This document shows positions 12,501-29,600 of a stretch of 64,000 nt of DNA, in pieces. Position 1 is the first letter of the stretch. Each line of letters opens with the position of its first letter. A program made the position numbers and the translations under genes. This DNA comes from Eledone cirrhosa (Eukaryota). Location of the stretch: assembly GCA_964016885.1 (NCBI GenBank), contig OZ024743.1:181908001-181972000 (forward strand), given 5' to 3'. Under the pieces are notes generated by a model that was not told where the DNA came from, did not search any database, and saw only the letters and a program-made list of their open reading frames with translations.

Positions 12501-12961
12501 GCCCGTTCGGGATAAGCTCTACAGACACGGGCGCCCGGGTAGGGAACCCCTCGAAAAAGATCTGTCCCAGATGCGTGCGCGACGAGGAAACCGTGGCGCA
12601 CGCATTGGTGCACTGCCCGGGCGTTGCCGATCTGTGGGGCTATGTCGAACAACTGCTGTCACGGGTGGGACCAATTAGGTTGACCACCGAGTCCATAGTA
12701 ACGATCAAGCCGCCTCCCCCCTTCAAAAATGAAGGAGAGGCGGTCTTCCTCTGTGTAATAGCCATGGTAAAAGAGGTTATATGGTGGACGCGTCTGAAAG
12801 GGCTGAGGTCGGACACCTTTCTCTCCGGCCAACAACTGGTCCTTTTCTTCCGATACCATTTCGGAAGAAGGATCAGGATGGAGAGAGAGTTTTATGAAAG
12901 GTGGGTGAAAGTTGCGAGAATGGCCCGTGTGAATGGGCCTTCTCTCTACCTCAGCCTGTAG
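9542..12961 (+). pseudogene. LINE ORF2: AP endonuclease, reverse transcriptase and C-terminal zinc finger, with two frameshifts
   Basis: LNARGL, VYAP, GDWN, YLDR, SDH; RPITLLN, DQSKAFD, RQGCPLS, YADD; CPRC..ETVAHALVHC; frameshifts at about 10020 (G run) and 12555 (A run). Confidence 0.9.
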
Positions 12962-13239
12962 GTGGAACAGAAAGAAGGGAGCACCCTCTCTTTGTGCTCC
13001 CGTGGAGAAGGGTCGCACACTTTTTTTTCGGGGGTGTGTGTGACCCCAAAACGATCCCTCTCTATTGAGGACCTTCTTGTTATTATTTTGTTTGTTATAT
13101 TTTTCTTACTCGATTTTCATGTAAACTCCCCCCACCCATGTACATGTCCCTTTCTGTTGTGCCCTAGTGGCAAATAAACAGAAATCTGTCTGTCTGTTTG
13201 TATGTCTGCCTATCTGTCTGCCTGTCTGTCTGCCTGTCG

Positions 13240-13505
13240 CTCATTCGTTCATTCACTTGCTTCAATCATTCATTTATTTATACATTCATTCCGTCATTCG
13301 TTCATTCGTTCGTTCATTCTATGTTCATTCATTCATTCATTCAATCGTTCATTCATTCGTTCATTCATTCATTCTGCCATTCATTCATTCCGCCATTGAT
13401 TGATTCATTCATTCATTCCGTCAATCATACATTCCATCATTCATGCATTCTGCCATTCATTCATTCCGCCATTCATTCTGCCATTCATTCATTCGTTCAT
13501 TCAGT
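13240..13505. repeat. (TTCA)n degenerate microsatellite
   Basis: Direct reading. Confidence 0.9.
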
Positions 13506-13585
13506 CAGATACTCTGGTGTTCAGATATTCATTCATCTAAGTCAGATAATGAGAGTCATTCATACAGCATAGACCTGCTGACTAG

Positions 13586-13600
13586 ACACACACACACACA

Positions 13601-13694
<94 letters not shown>

Positions 13695-13834
13695 GGCGCA
13701 TGCATGCACATATGTTCACACAAAATATGCGGAAGACTGAAATTCACGAACGCACACACACACACACAGACACATACACAAACACCCTCAAATAAACACA
13801 CAGATTCAAACTACATACACACACACACAAAAAC

Positions 13835-13869
<35 letters not shown>

Positions 13870-14458
13870 CAAACACACACACATACACACTCATACATAA
13901 ACACCCTCAAATAAACACAGATTCATACTACACACACACACGCTCATACATAAACACCCTCAAATAAACACACAGATTCATACTACACACACACACACAC
14001 ATGCATACACACACACACTCATACTACACACACACACATGCACACACACACACACACACACTCATACATAAACACCCTCAAATAAACACACAGATTCCAT
14101 ACTACACACACACACACACATGCATACACATACACGCACATACATAAACACCCTCAAATAAACACAGATTCATACTACACACACACACACACACACACAC
14201 ATGCATACACACACATACACACACATACATAATCACCCGCAAATAAACACACAGATTCATTCTACATACACACACATATTTACACATACACATACACACA
14301 CAGAAACATGTTCAAACAACACACTTTTCATATTTCTCTCTATCTGGCTCCTCTTTCCTTCTCTCCTCTCTTTCTCTCCTCTTCTTCTCTCCTCTCTTTC
14401 CCTCACTCCCTCTTCTCTCTTACACTTTTCCTCTTTCTTTTTCTTTCTCTTTCTTTTA

Positions 14459-14520
<62 letters not shown>
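13586..14520. repeat. (CA)n, a CA-rich minisatellite (aaacaccctcaaataaacacagattcatact) and a (CT)n block
   Basis: Direct reading. Confidence 0.85.
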
Positions 14521-14624
14521 CGCCTCACATATATCCCTCTAGCTCTCACTTTTTCGTTGTAGTTTCTCTTCGTCACTTTTCTGTTCCTTTAACTCTTCTC
14601 AAAGAGATTATCTACACCCCGCAC

Positions 14625-17600
14625 AACAACAACACCATCAACACTATCGTCATTGCCTACCCTTCTCAACACCATCAACACCATCAACACTATCACCACT
14701 GTCCTCCCCCCTGATACCAAAACTATCACCATTAACCATCTCCCAACACCAGCAACACCATCAACACTATCACCACTGTCCTCCCCCCTGATACCAAAAC
14801 TATCACCATTAACCATCTCCCAACACCAGCAACACCATCAACACTATCACCACTGTCCTCCTCCTGATACCAACACTAACACCATTAACCATCTCCCAAC
14901 ACCAGCAACGCCATCAACACTATCACCACTGTCCTCCCCCTGATAGCAACACTATCACCATTAACCATCTCTCAACACCAACAACACCATCACCACTGTC
15001 CTCCCCCTGATACCAACACTATCACCATTAACCAACTCCCAACACCAGCAACACCATCAACACTATCACCACTGTCCTCCCCCTGATACCAACACTATCA
15101 CCATTAACCATCTCCCAACACCAACAACACCATCAACTCTATTACCACTGTCCTCCCCCTGATACCAACACTATCACCATTAACCATCTCCCAACAACAA
15201 CAACACCATCAACACTATCACCACTGTCCTCCCCCTGATACCAACACTATCACCATTAACCATCTCTCAACACCAACAACACCATCAACACTATCACCAC
15301 TGTCCTCCCCCTGATACCAACACTATCACCATTAACCATCTCCCAACACCAACAACCCCAGCAACACCATCACCACTGTCCTCCCCCTGATACCAACACT
15401 ATCACCATTAACCATCTCTCAACACCAACAACACCATCAACTCTATCACCACTGTCCTCCCCCTGATACCAACATTATCACCATTAACAAACTCCCAGCA
15501 ACAAGATCACCACTGTCCTCCCCCTGATACCAACACTATCACCATTAACCATCTCACAACACCAACAACACCATCAACACTATCACCACTGTCCTCCCCC
15601 TGATACCAACACTATCACCATTAACCATCTCTCAACACCAACAACACCATCAACTCTATCACCACTGTCCTCCCCCTGATACCAACACTATCACCATTAA
15701 CCATCTCTCAACACCAGCAACACCATCAACACTATCACCACTGTCCTCCTCCTGATACCAAAACTATCACCATTAACCATCTCCCAACACCAACAACACC
15801 ATCAACACTATCACCACTGTCCTCCCCCTGATACCAACACTATCACCATTAACCATCTCCCAACACCAGCAACACCATCAACACTATCACCACTGTCCTC
15901 CCCCTGATACCAACACTATCACCATTAACCATCTCTCAACACCAACAACACCATCAACTCTATTACCACTGTCCTCCCCCTGATACCAACACTATCACCA
16001 TTAACCATCTCCCAACACCAACAACACCATCAACACTATCACCACTGTCCTCCCCCTGATACCAACACTATCACCATTAACCATCTCCCAACACCAGCAA
16101 CACAATCAACACTATCACCACTGTCCTCCCCCTGATACCAACACTATCACCATTAACCATCTCCCAACACCAGCAACACCCTCAACACTATCACCACTGT
16201 CCTCCCCCTGATACCAACACTATCACCATTAACCATCTCCCAACACCAGCAACACAATCAACACTATCACCACTGTCCTCCCCCTGATACCAACACTATC
16301 ACCATTAACCATCTCCCAACACCAGCAACACCATCAACACTATCACCACTGTCCTCCTCCTGATACCAACACTATCACCATTAACCAACTCCCAGCAACA
16401 CCAGCAACACCATCAACACTATCACCACTGTCCTCCTCCTGATACCAAAACTATCACCATTAACCATCTCTCAACACCAGCAACACCATCAACACTATCA
16501 CCACTGTCCTCCTCCTGATACCAACACTATCACCATTAACCATCTCCCAACACCAGCAACACCATCAACACTATCACCACTGTCCTCCTCCTGATACCAA
16601 CACTATCACCATTAACCATCTCTCAACACCAGCAACACCATCAACACTATCACAACTGTCCTCCCCCTGATACCAACACTATCACCATTAACCATCTCCC
16701 AACACCAACAACACCATCAACACTATCACCACTGTCCTCCCCCTGATACCAACACTATCACCATTAACCATCTCTCAACACCAGCAACACCATCAACACT
16801 ATCACCACTGTCCTCCCCCTGATACCAACACTATCACCATTAACCATCTCTCAACACCAGCAACACCATCAAGACTATCACCACTGTCCTCCCCCTGATA
16901 CCAACACTATCACCATTAACCATCTCCCAACACCAACAACACCATCAACACTATCACCACTGTCCTCCCCCTGATACCAACACTATCACCATTAACCATC
17001 TCCCAACACCAGCAACACCATCAACACTATCACCACTGTCCCCCTGATACCAACACTATCACCATTAACCATCTCCCAACACCAACAACACCATCAACAC
17101 TATCACCACTGTCCTCCCCCTGATACCAACACTATCACCATTAACCATCTCCCAACACCAGCAACACCATCAACACTATCACCACTGTCCTCCCCCTGAT
17201 CCCAACACTATCACCATTAACCATCTCTCAACACCAACAACACCATCAACACTATCACCACTGTCCTCCCCCTGATAGCAACACTATCACCATTAACCAT
17301 CTCTCAACACCAGCAACACCATCAACACTATCACCACTGTCATCCCCCTGATACCAACACTATCACCATTAACCATCTCTCAACACCAGCAACACCATCA
17401 ACACTATCACCACTGTCCTCCCCCTGATACCAACACTATCACCATTAACCATCTCTCAACACCAACAACACCATCAACTCTATCACCACTGTCCTCCCCC
17501 TGATACCAACACTATCACCATTAACCATCTCTCAACACCAGCAACACCATCAACACTATCACCACTGTCCTCCCCCTGATACCAACACTATCACCATTAA

Positions 17601-20600
17601 CCATCTCTCAACACCAGCAACACCATCAACACTATCACCACTGTCCTCCCCCTGATACCAACACTATCACCATTAACCATCTCTCAACACCAACAACACC
17701 ATCAACTCTATCACCACTGTCCTCCCCCTGATACCAACACTATCACCATTAACCATCTCTCAACACCAGCAACACCATCAACACTATCACCACTGTCCTC
17801 CCCCTGATACCAACACTATCACCATTAACCATCTCCCAACACCAGCAACACCATCAACACTATCACCACTATCCTCCCCCTGATACCAACACTATCACCA
17901 TTAACCATCTCCCAACACCAGCAACACCATCAACACTATCACCACTGTCCTCCACCTGATACCAACACTATCACCATTAACCATCTCCCAACACCAACAA
18001 CACCATCAACACTATCACCACTGTCCTCCCCCTGATACCAACACTATCACCATTAACCATCTCCCAACACCAGCAACACCATCAACACTATCACCACTGT
18101 CCTCCCCCTGATACCAACACTATCACCATTAACCATCTCCCAACACCAGCAACACCATCAACACTATCACCACTGTCCTCCCCCTGATACCAACACTATC
18201 ACCATTAACCATCTCTCAACACCAACAACACCATCAACTCTATTACCACTGTCCTCCCCCTGATACCAACACTATCACCATTAACCATCTGCCAACACCA
18301 GCAACACCATCAACACTATCACCACTGTCCTCCCCCTGATACCAACACTATCACCATTAACCATCTCCCAACACCAACAACACCATCAACACTATCACCA
18401 CTGTCCTCCCCCTGATACCAACACTATCACCATTAACCATCTCCCAACACCAGCAACACCATCAACACTATCACCACTGTCCTCCCCCTGATACCAACAC
18501 TATCACCATTAACCAACTCCCAGCAACACCATCACCACTGTCCTCCCCCTGATACCAACACTATCACCATTAACCATCTCCCAACACCAACAACACCATC
18601 AACACTATCACCACTGTCCTCCCCCTGATACCAACACTATCACCATTAACCATCTCCCAACACCAGCAACACCATCAACACTATCACCACTGTCCTCCTC
18701 CTGATACCAAAACTATCACCATTACCCATCTCCCAACACCAGCAACACCATCAACACTATCACCACTGTCCTCCTCCTGATACCAACACTATCATCATTA
18801 ACCATCTGCCAACACCAGCAACACCATCAACACTATCACCACTGTCCTCCTCCTGATACCAACACTATCACCATTAACCATCTCTCAACACCAGCAACAC
18901 CATCAACACTATCACCACTGTCCTCCCCCTGATACCAACACTATCACCATTAACCATCTCCCAACACCAGCAACACCATCAACACTATCACCACTGTCCT
19001 CCCCCTGATACCAACACTATCACCATTAACCATCTCCCAACACCAGCAACACCATCAACACTATCACCACTGTCCTCCTCCTGATACCAACACTATCACC
19101 ATTAACCATCTCCCAACACCAGCAACACCATCAACACTATCACCACTGTCCTCCTCCTGATACCAACACTATCACCATTAACCATCTCCCAACACCAGCA
19201 ACACCATCAACACTATCACCACTGTCCCCCTGATACCAACACTATCACCATTAACCATCTCCCAACACCAACAACACCATCAACACTATCACCACTGTCC
19301 TCCCCCTGATACCAACACTATAACCATTAACCATCTCTCAACACCAACAACCCCATCAACTCTATCACCACTGTCCTCCTCCTGATACCAACACTATCAC
19401 CATTAACCATCTCTCAACACCAACAACACCATCAACTCTATCACCACTGTCCTCCCCCTGATACCAACACTATCACCATTAACCATCTCCCAACAACAAC
19501 AACACCATCAACACTATCACCACTGTCCTCCCCCTGATACCAACACTATCACCATTAACCATCTCCCAACACCAGCAACACCATCAACACTATCACCACT
19601 GTCCTCCCCCTGATACCAACACTATCACCATTAACCATCTCCCAACACCAGCAACACCATCAACACTATCACCACTGTCCTCCCCCTGATACCAACACTA
19701 TCACCATTAACCATCTCTCAACAACACCATCAACACTATCACCACTGTCCTCCCCCTGACACCAACACTATCACCATTAACCATCTCCCAACACCAGCAA
19801 CACCATCAACACTATCACCACTGTTCTCCCCCTGATACCAACACTATCACCATTAACCAACTCCCAGCAAAACCATCACCACTGTCCTCCCCCTGATACC
19901 AACACTATCACCATTAACCGTCTCCCAACACCAACAACACCATCAACACTATCACCACTGTCCTCCCCCTGATACCAACACTATCACCATTAACCATCTC
20001 CCAACACCAGCAACACCATCAACACTATCACCACTGTCCTCCTCCTGATACCAACACTATCACCATTAACCATCTCCCAACACCATCAACACCATCAACA
20101 CTATCACCACTGTCCTCCCCCTGATACCAACACTATCACCATTAACCATCTCCCAACACCAACAACACCATCAACACTATCACCACTGTCCTCCCCCTGA
20201 TACCAACACTATCACCATTAACCATCTCCCAACACCATCAACACCATCAACACTATCACCACTGTCCTCCCCCTCATACCAACACTATCACCATTAACCA
20301 TCTCTCAACACCAGCAACACCATCAACACTATCACCACTGTCCTCCCCCTGATACCAACACTATCACCATTAACCATCTCTCAACACCAACAACACCATC
20401 AACTCTATCACCACTGTCCTCCTCCTGATACCAACACTATCACCATTAACCATCTCCCAACACCAGCAACACTATCACCACTGTCCTCCCCCTGATACCA
20501 ACACTATCACCATTAACCATCTCTCAACACCAGCAACACCATCAACACTATCACCACTGTCCTCCCCGTGATACCAACACTATCACCATTAACCATCTCT

Positions 20601-23600
20601 CAACACCAACAACACCATCAACACTATCACCACAGTCCTCCTCCTGATACCAACACTATCACCATTAACCATCTCCCAACACCAGCAACACCATCAACAC
20701 TATCACCACTGTCCCCCTGATATCAACACTATCACCATTAACCATCTCCCAACACCAACAACACCATCAACACTATCACCACTGTCCTCCCCCTGATACC
20801 AACACTATCACCATTAACCATCTCTCAACACCAGCAACACCATCAACACTATCACCACTGTCCTCCCCCTGATACCAACACTATCACCATTAACCATCTC
20901 TCAACACCAACAACACCATCAACACTATCACCACTGTCCTCCCCCTGATACCAACACTATCACCATTAACCATCTCCCAACACCAGCAACACCATCAACA
21001 CTATCACCACTATCCTCCCCCTGATAGCAACACTATCACCATTAACCATCTCCCAACACCAGCAACACCATCAACACTATCACCACTGTCCTGCCCCTGA
21101 TACCAACACTATCACCATTAACCATCTCCCAACACCAGCAACACCATCAACACTATCCCCACTGTCCTCCCCCTGATACCAACACTATCACCATTAACTT
21201 TCTCTCAACACCAACAACACCATCAACACTATCCCCACTGTCCTCCCCCTGATACCAACACTATCACCATTAACCATCTCCCAACACCAGCAACACCATC
21301 AACACTATCACCACTGTCCTCCCCCTGATACCAACACTATCACCATTAACCATCTCCCAACACCAGCAACACCATCAACACTATCACCACTGTCCTCCCC
21401 CTGATACCAACACTATCACCATTAACCAACTCCCAGCAACACCATCACCACTGTCCTCCGCCTGATACCAACACTATCACCATTAACCATCTCCCAACAC
21501 CAACAACACCATCAACACTATCACCACTGTCCTCCCCCTGATACCAACACTATCACCATTAACCATCTCCCAACACCAGCAACACCAGCAACACAATCAA
21601 CACTATCACCACTATCCTCCCCCTGATACCAACACTATCACCATTAACCATCTCCCAACACCAGCAACACCATCAACACTATCACCACTGTCCTCCCCCT
21701 GATACCAACACTATCACCATTAACCAACTCCCAGCAACACCATCACCACTGTCCTCCCCCTGATACCAACACTATCACCACTGTCCTCCCCCTGATACCA
21801 ACACTATCACCATTAACCATCTCTCAACACCAGCAACACCATCAACACTATCACCACTGTCCTCCCCCTGATACCAACACTATCACCATTAACCATCTCT
21901 CAACACCAACAACACCATCAACTCTATCACCACTGTCCTCCTCCTGATACCAACACTATCACCATTAACCATCTCCCAACACCAGCAACACCATCAACAC
22001 TATCACCACTGTCCTCCTCCTGATACCAACACTATCACCATTAACCATCTCCCAACACCAGCAACACCATCAACACTATCACCACTGTCCTCCCCGTGAT
22101 ACCAACACTATCACCATTAACCATCTCTCAACACCAACAACACCATCAACACTATCACCACTGTCCTCCCCCTGATACCAACACTATCACCATTAACCAT
22201 CTCCCAACACCAGCAACACCATCAACACTATCACCACTATCCTCCCCCTGATACCAACACTATCACCATTAACCATCTCCCAACACCAGCAACACCATCA
22301 ACACTATCCCCACTGTCCTCCCCCTGATACTAACACTATCACCATTAACCATCTCCCAACACCAGCAACACCATCAACACTATCACCACTGTCCCCCTGA
22401 TATCAACACTATCACCATTAACCATCTCCCAACACCAACAACACCATCAACACTATCACCACTGTCCTCCCCCTGATACCAACACTATCACCATTAACCA
22501 TCTCTCAACACCAGCAACACCATCAACACTATCACCACTGTCCTCCCCCTAATACCAACACTATCACCATTAACCATCTCCCAACACCAGCAACACCATC
22601 AACACTATCACCACTGTCCTCCTCCTGATACCAACACTATCACCATTAACCATCTCCCAACACCAGCAACACCATCAACACTATCACAACTGTCCTCCCC
22701 CTGATACCAACACTATCACCATTAACCATCTCCCAACACCAGCAACACCATCAACACTATCACCACTGTCCTCCCCCTGATACCAACACTATCACCATTA
22801 ACCATCTCTCAACACCAACAACACCATCAACACTATCACCACTGTCCTCCCCCTGATACCAACACTATCACCATTAACCATCTCCCAACACCAGCAACAC
22901 CATCAACACTATCACCACTATCCTCCCCCTGATACATACACTATCACCATTAACCATCTCCCAACACCAGCAACACCATCAACACTATCACCACTGTCCT
23001 CCCCCTGATACCAACACTATCACCATTAACCATCTCCCAACACCAGCAACACCATCAACACTATCCCCACTGTCCTCCCCCTGATACCAACACTATCACC
23101 ATTAACCATCTCGCAACACCAGCAACACCAGCAACACAATCAAGACTATCACCACTATCCTCCCCCTGATACCAACACTATCACCATTAACCATCTCCCA
23201 ACACCAGCAACACTATCAACACTATCACCACTGTCCCCCCCCCCCTGATACCAACACTATCACCATTAACCATCTCCCAACACCAGCAACACAATCAACA
23301 CTATCACCACTGTCCTCCCCCTGATACCAACACTATCACCATTAACCATCTTCCAACACCAGCAACACCATCAACACTACCACCACTGTCCTCCCCCTGA
23401 TACCAACACTATCACCATTAACCATCTCACAACACCAACAACACCATCAACACTATCACCACTGTCCTCCCCCTGATACCAACACTATCACCATTAACCA
23501 TCTCCCAACACCATCAACACCATCAACACTATCACCACTGTCCTCCCCCTGATACCAACACTATCACCATTAACCATCTCCCAACACCAACAACACCATC

Positions 23601-26600
23601 AACACTATCACCACTGTCCTCCCCCTGATACCAACACTATCACCATTAACCATCTCCCAACACCATCAACACCATCAACACTATCACCACTGTCCTCCCC
23701 CTCATACCAACACTATCACCATTAACCATCTCCCAACACCAACAACACCCTCAACACTATCACCACTGTCCTCCCCCTGATACCAACACTATCACCATTA
23801 ACCATCTCCCAACACCAGCAACACCATCAACTCTATCACCACTGTCCTCCCCCTGATACCAACACTATCACCATTAACCATCTCCTAACACCATCAACAC
23901 AATCAACACTATCACCACTGTCCTCCCCCTGATACCAACACTATCACCATTAACCATCTCCCAACACCATCAACACCATCAACACTATCACCACTGTCCT
24001 CCCCCTGATACCAACACTATCACCATTAACCATCTCCCAACACCAACAACACCATCAACACTATCACCACTGTCCTCCCCCTGATACCAACACTATCACC
24101 ATTAACCATCTCCCAACACCATCAACACCATCAACACTATCACCACTGTCCTCCCCCTGATACCAACACTATCGCCATTAACCATCTCCCAACACCAACA
24201 ACACCATCAACACTATCACCACTGTCCTCCCCCTGATACCAACACTATCACCATTAACCATCTCCCAACACCAGCAACACCATCAACACTATCACCACTG
24301 TCCTCCCCCTGATACCAACACTATCACCATTAACCATCTCCCAACACCAACAACACCATCAACACTATCACCACTGTCCTCCCCTTGATACCAACACTAT
24401 CACCATTAACCATCTTCCAACACCAGCAACACCATCAACACTATCACCACTGTCCTCCCCCTGATACCAACACTATCACCATTAACTATCTCCCAACACC
24501 AACAACACCATCAACACTATCACCACTGTCCTCCCCCTGATACCAACACTATCACCATTAACCAACTCCCAGCAACACCATCACCACTGTCCTCCGCCTG
24601 ATACCAACACTATCACCATTAACCAACTCCCAACACCAGCAACACCATCAACACTATCACCACTGTCCTCCCCCTGATACCAACACTATCACCATTAACC
24701 ATCTCCCAACACCAACAACACCATCAACACTATCACCACTGTCCTCCCCTTGATACCAACACTATCACCATTAACCATCTTCCAACACCAGCAACACCAT
24801 CAACACTATCACCACTGTCCTCCCCCTGATACCAACACTATCACCATTAACTATCTCCCAACACCAACAACACCATCAACACTATCACCACTGTCCTCCC
24901 CCTGATACCAACACTATCACCATTAACCAACTCCCAGCAACACCATCACCACTGTCCTCCGCCTGATACCAACACTATCACCATTAACCAACTCCCAACA
25001 CCAACAACACCATCAACACTATCACCACTATCCTCCCCCTGATACCAACACTATCACCATTAACCATCTCTCAACACCAACAACACCATCAACTCTATCA
25101 CCACTGTCCTCCCCCTGATACCAACACTATCACCATTAACCATCTCCCAACACCAACAACACCATCAACACTATCACCACTGTCCTCCCCCTAATACCAA
25201 CACTATCACCATTAACCATCTCACAACACCAACAACACCATCAACACTATCACCACTGTCCTCCCCCTGATACCAACACTATCACCATTAACCATCTCCC
25301 AACACCAGCAACACCATCAACACTATCACCACTGTCCTCCACCTGATACCAACACTATCACCATTAACTATCTCCCAACACCAACAACACCATCAACACT
25401 ATCACCACTGTCCTCCCCCTGATACCAACACTATCACCATTAACCATCTCCCAACACCAGCAACACCATCAACACTATCACCACTGTCCTCCTCCTGATA
25501 CCAACACTATCACCATTAACCATCTCCCAACACCAACAACACCATCAACACTATCACCACTGTCCTCCCCCTGATACCAACACTATCACCATTAACCATC
25601 TCCCAACACCAGCAACACCATCAACACTATCACCACTGTCCTCCACCTGATACCAACACTATCACCATTAACCATCTCCCAACACCAACAACACCATCAA
25701 CTCTATCACCACTGTCCTCCCCCTGATACCAACACTATCACCATTACCCATCTCCCAACACCAGCAACACCATCAACACTATCACCACTGTCCTCCACCT
25801 GATACCAACACTATCACCATTAACCATCTCCCAACACCAGCAACACCATCAACACTATCACCACTGTCCTCCTCCTGATACCAACACTATCACCATTAAC
25901 CATCTCTCAACACCAACAACACCATCAACTCTATCACCACTGTCCTCCCCCTGATACCAACACTATCACCATTAACCATCTCCCAACACCAGCAACACCA
26001 TCAACACTATCACCACTGTCCTCCCCCTGATACCAACACTATCACCATTAACCATCTCCCAACACCAGCAACACCATCAACACTATCACCACTGTCCTCC
26101 CCCTGATACCAACACTATCACCATTAACCATCTCCCAACACCAACAACACCATCAACACTATCACCACTGTCCTCCCCCTGATACCAACACTATCACCAT
26201 TAACCATCTCCCAACACCAGCAACACCATCAACACTATCACCACTGTCCTCCCCCTGATACCAACACTATCACCATTAACCATCTCCCAACACCATCAAC
26301 ACTATCACCACTGTCCTCCCCCTGATACCAACACTATCACCATTAACCATCTCCCAACACCAGCAACACCAGCAACACAATCAACACTATCACCACTATC
26401 CTCCCCCTGATACCAACACTATCACCATTAACCATCTCCCAACACCAGCAACACCATCAACACTATCACCACTGTCCTCCCCCTGATACCAACACTATCA
26501 CCATTAACCAACTCCCAGCAACACCATCACCACTGTCCTCCCCCTGATACCAACACTATCACCACTGTCCTCCCCCTGATACCAACACTATCACCATTAA

Positions 26601-29600
26601 CCATCTCTCAACACCAGCAACACCATCAACACTATCACCACTGTCCTCCCCCTGATACCAACACTATCACCATTAACCATCTCTCAACACCAACAACACC
26701 ATCAACTCTATCACCACTGTCCTCCTCCTGATACCAACACTATCACCATTAACCATCTCCCAACACCAGCAACACCATCAACACTATCACCACTGTCCTC
26801 CCCCTGATACCAACACTATCACCATTAACCAACTCCCAGCAACACCATCACCACTGTCCTCCGCCTGATACCAACACTATCACCATTAACCATCTCCCAA
26901 CACCAACAACACCATCAACACTATCACCACTGTCCTCCCCCTGATACCAACACTATCACCATTAACCATCTCCCAACACCAGCAACACCAGCAACACAAT
27001 CAACACTATCACCACTATCCTCCCCCTGATACCAACACTATCACCATTAACCATCTCCCAACACCAGCAACACCATCAACACTATCACCACTGTCCTCCC
27101 CCTGATACCAACACTATCACCATTAACCAACTCCCAGCAACACCATCACCACTGTCCTCCCCCTGATACCAACACTATCACCACTGTCCTCCCCCTGATA
27201 CCAACACTATCACCATTAACCATCTCTCAACACCAGCAACACCATCAACACTATCACCACTGTCCTCCCCCTGATACCAACACTATCACCATTAACCATC
27301 TCTCAACACCAACAACACCATCAACTCTATCACCACTGTCCTCCTCCTGATACCAACACTATCACCATTAACCATCTCCCAACACCAGCAACACCATCAA
27401 CACTATCACCACTGTCCTCCTCCTGATACCAACACTATCACCATTAACCATCTCCCAACACCAGCAACACCATCAACACTATCACCACTGTCCTCCCCGT
27501 GATACCAACACTATCACCATTAACCATCTCTCAACACCAACAACACCATCAACACTATCACCACTGTCCTCCCCCTGATACCAACACTATCACCATTAAC
27601 CATCTCCCAACACCAGCAACACCATCAACACTATCACCACTATCCTCCCCCTGATACCAACACTATCACCATTAACCATCTCCCAACACCAGCAACACCA
27701 TCAACACTATCCCCACTGTCCTCCCCCTGATACTAACACTATCACCATTAACCATCTCCCAACACCAGCAACACCATCAACACTATCACCACTGTCCCCC
27801 TGATATCAACACTATCACCATTAACCATCTCCCAACACCAACAACACCATCAACACTATCACCACTGTCCTCCCCCTGATACCAACACTATCACCATTAA
27901 CCATCTCTCAACACCAGCAACACCATCAACACTATCACCACTGTCCTCCCCCTAATACCAACACTATCACCATTAACCATCTCCCAACACCAGCAACACC
28001 ATCAACACTATCACCACTGTCCTCCTCCTGATACCAACACTATCACCATTAACCATCTCCCAACACCAGCAACACCATCAACACTATCACAACTGTCCTC
28101 CCCCTGATACCAACACTATCACCATTAACCATCTCCCAACACCAGCAACACCATCAACACTATCACCACTGTCCTCCCCCTGATACCAACACTATCACCA
28201 TTAACCATCTCTCAACACCAACAACACCATCAACACTATCACCACTGTCCTCCCCCTGATACCAACACTATCACCATTAACCATCTCCCAACACCAGCAA
28301 CACCATCAACACTATCACCACTATCCTCCCCCTGATACATACACTATCACCATTAACCATCTCCCAACACCAGCAACACCATCAACACTATCACCACTGT
28401 CCTCCCCCTGATACCAACACTATCACCATTAACCATCTCCCAACACCAGCAACACCATCAACACTATCCCCACTGTCCTCCCCCTGATACCAACACTATC
28501 ACCATTAACCATCTCGCAACACCAGCAACACCAGCAACACAATCAAGACTATCACCACTATCCTCCCCCTGATACCAACACTATCACCATTAACCATCTC
28601 CCAACACCAGCAACACTATCAACACTATCACCACTGTCCCCCCCCCCCCCTGATACCAACACTATCACCATTAACCATCTCCCAACACCAGCAACACAAT
28701 CAACACTATCACCACTGTCCTCCCCCTGATACCAACACTATCACCATTAACCATCTTCCAACACCAGCAACACCATCAACACTACCACCACTGTCCTCCC
28801 CCTGATACCAACACTATCACCATTAACCATCTCACAACACCAACAACACCATCAACACTATCACCACTGTCCTCCCCCTGATACCAACACTATCACCATT
28901 AACCATCTCCCAACACCATCAACACCATCAACACTATCACCACTGTCCTCCCCCTGATACCAACACTATCACCATTAACCATCTCCCAACACCAACAACA
29001 CCATCAACACTATCACCACTGTCCTCCCCCTGATACCAACACTATCACCATTAACCATCTCCCAACACCATCAACACCATCAACACTATCACCACTGTCC
29101 TCCCCCTCATACCAACACTATCACCATTAACCATCTCCCAACACCAACAACACCCTCAACACTATCACCACTGTCCTCCCCCTGATACCAACACTATCAC
29201 CATTAACCATCTCCCAACACCAGCAACACCATCAACTCTATCACCACTGTCCTCCCCCTGATACCAACACTATCACCATTAACCATCTCCTAACACCATC
29301 AACACAATCAACACTATCACCACTGTCCTCCCCCTGATACCAACACTATCACCATTAACCATCTCCCAACACCATCAACACCATCAACACTATCACCACT
29401 GTCCTCCCCCTGATACCAACACTATCACCATTAACCATCTCCCAACACCAACAACACCATCAACACTATCACCACTGTCCTCCCCCTGATACCAACACTA
29501 TCACCATTAACCATCTCCCAACACCATCAACACCATCAACACTATCACCACTGTCCTCCCCCTGATACCAACACTATCGCCATTAACCATCTCCCAACAC

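Larger units (their letters stand above)
7594..13184 (+). mobile_element. Near full-length Tx1/L1-clade LINE in a (TCTG)n tract
   Basis: 5' UTR, ORF1, ORF2, AATAAA at 13173; tctgtctgtctg on both flanks. Confidence 0.9.
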
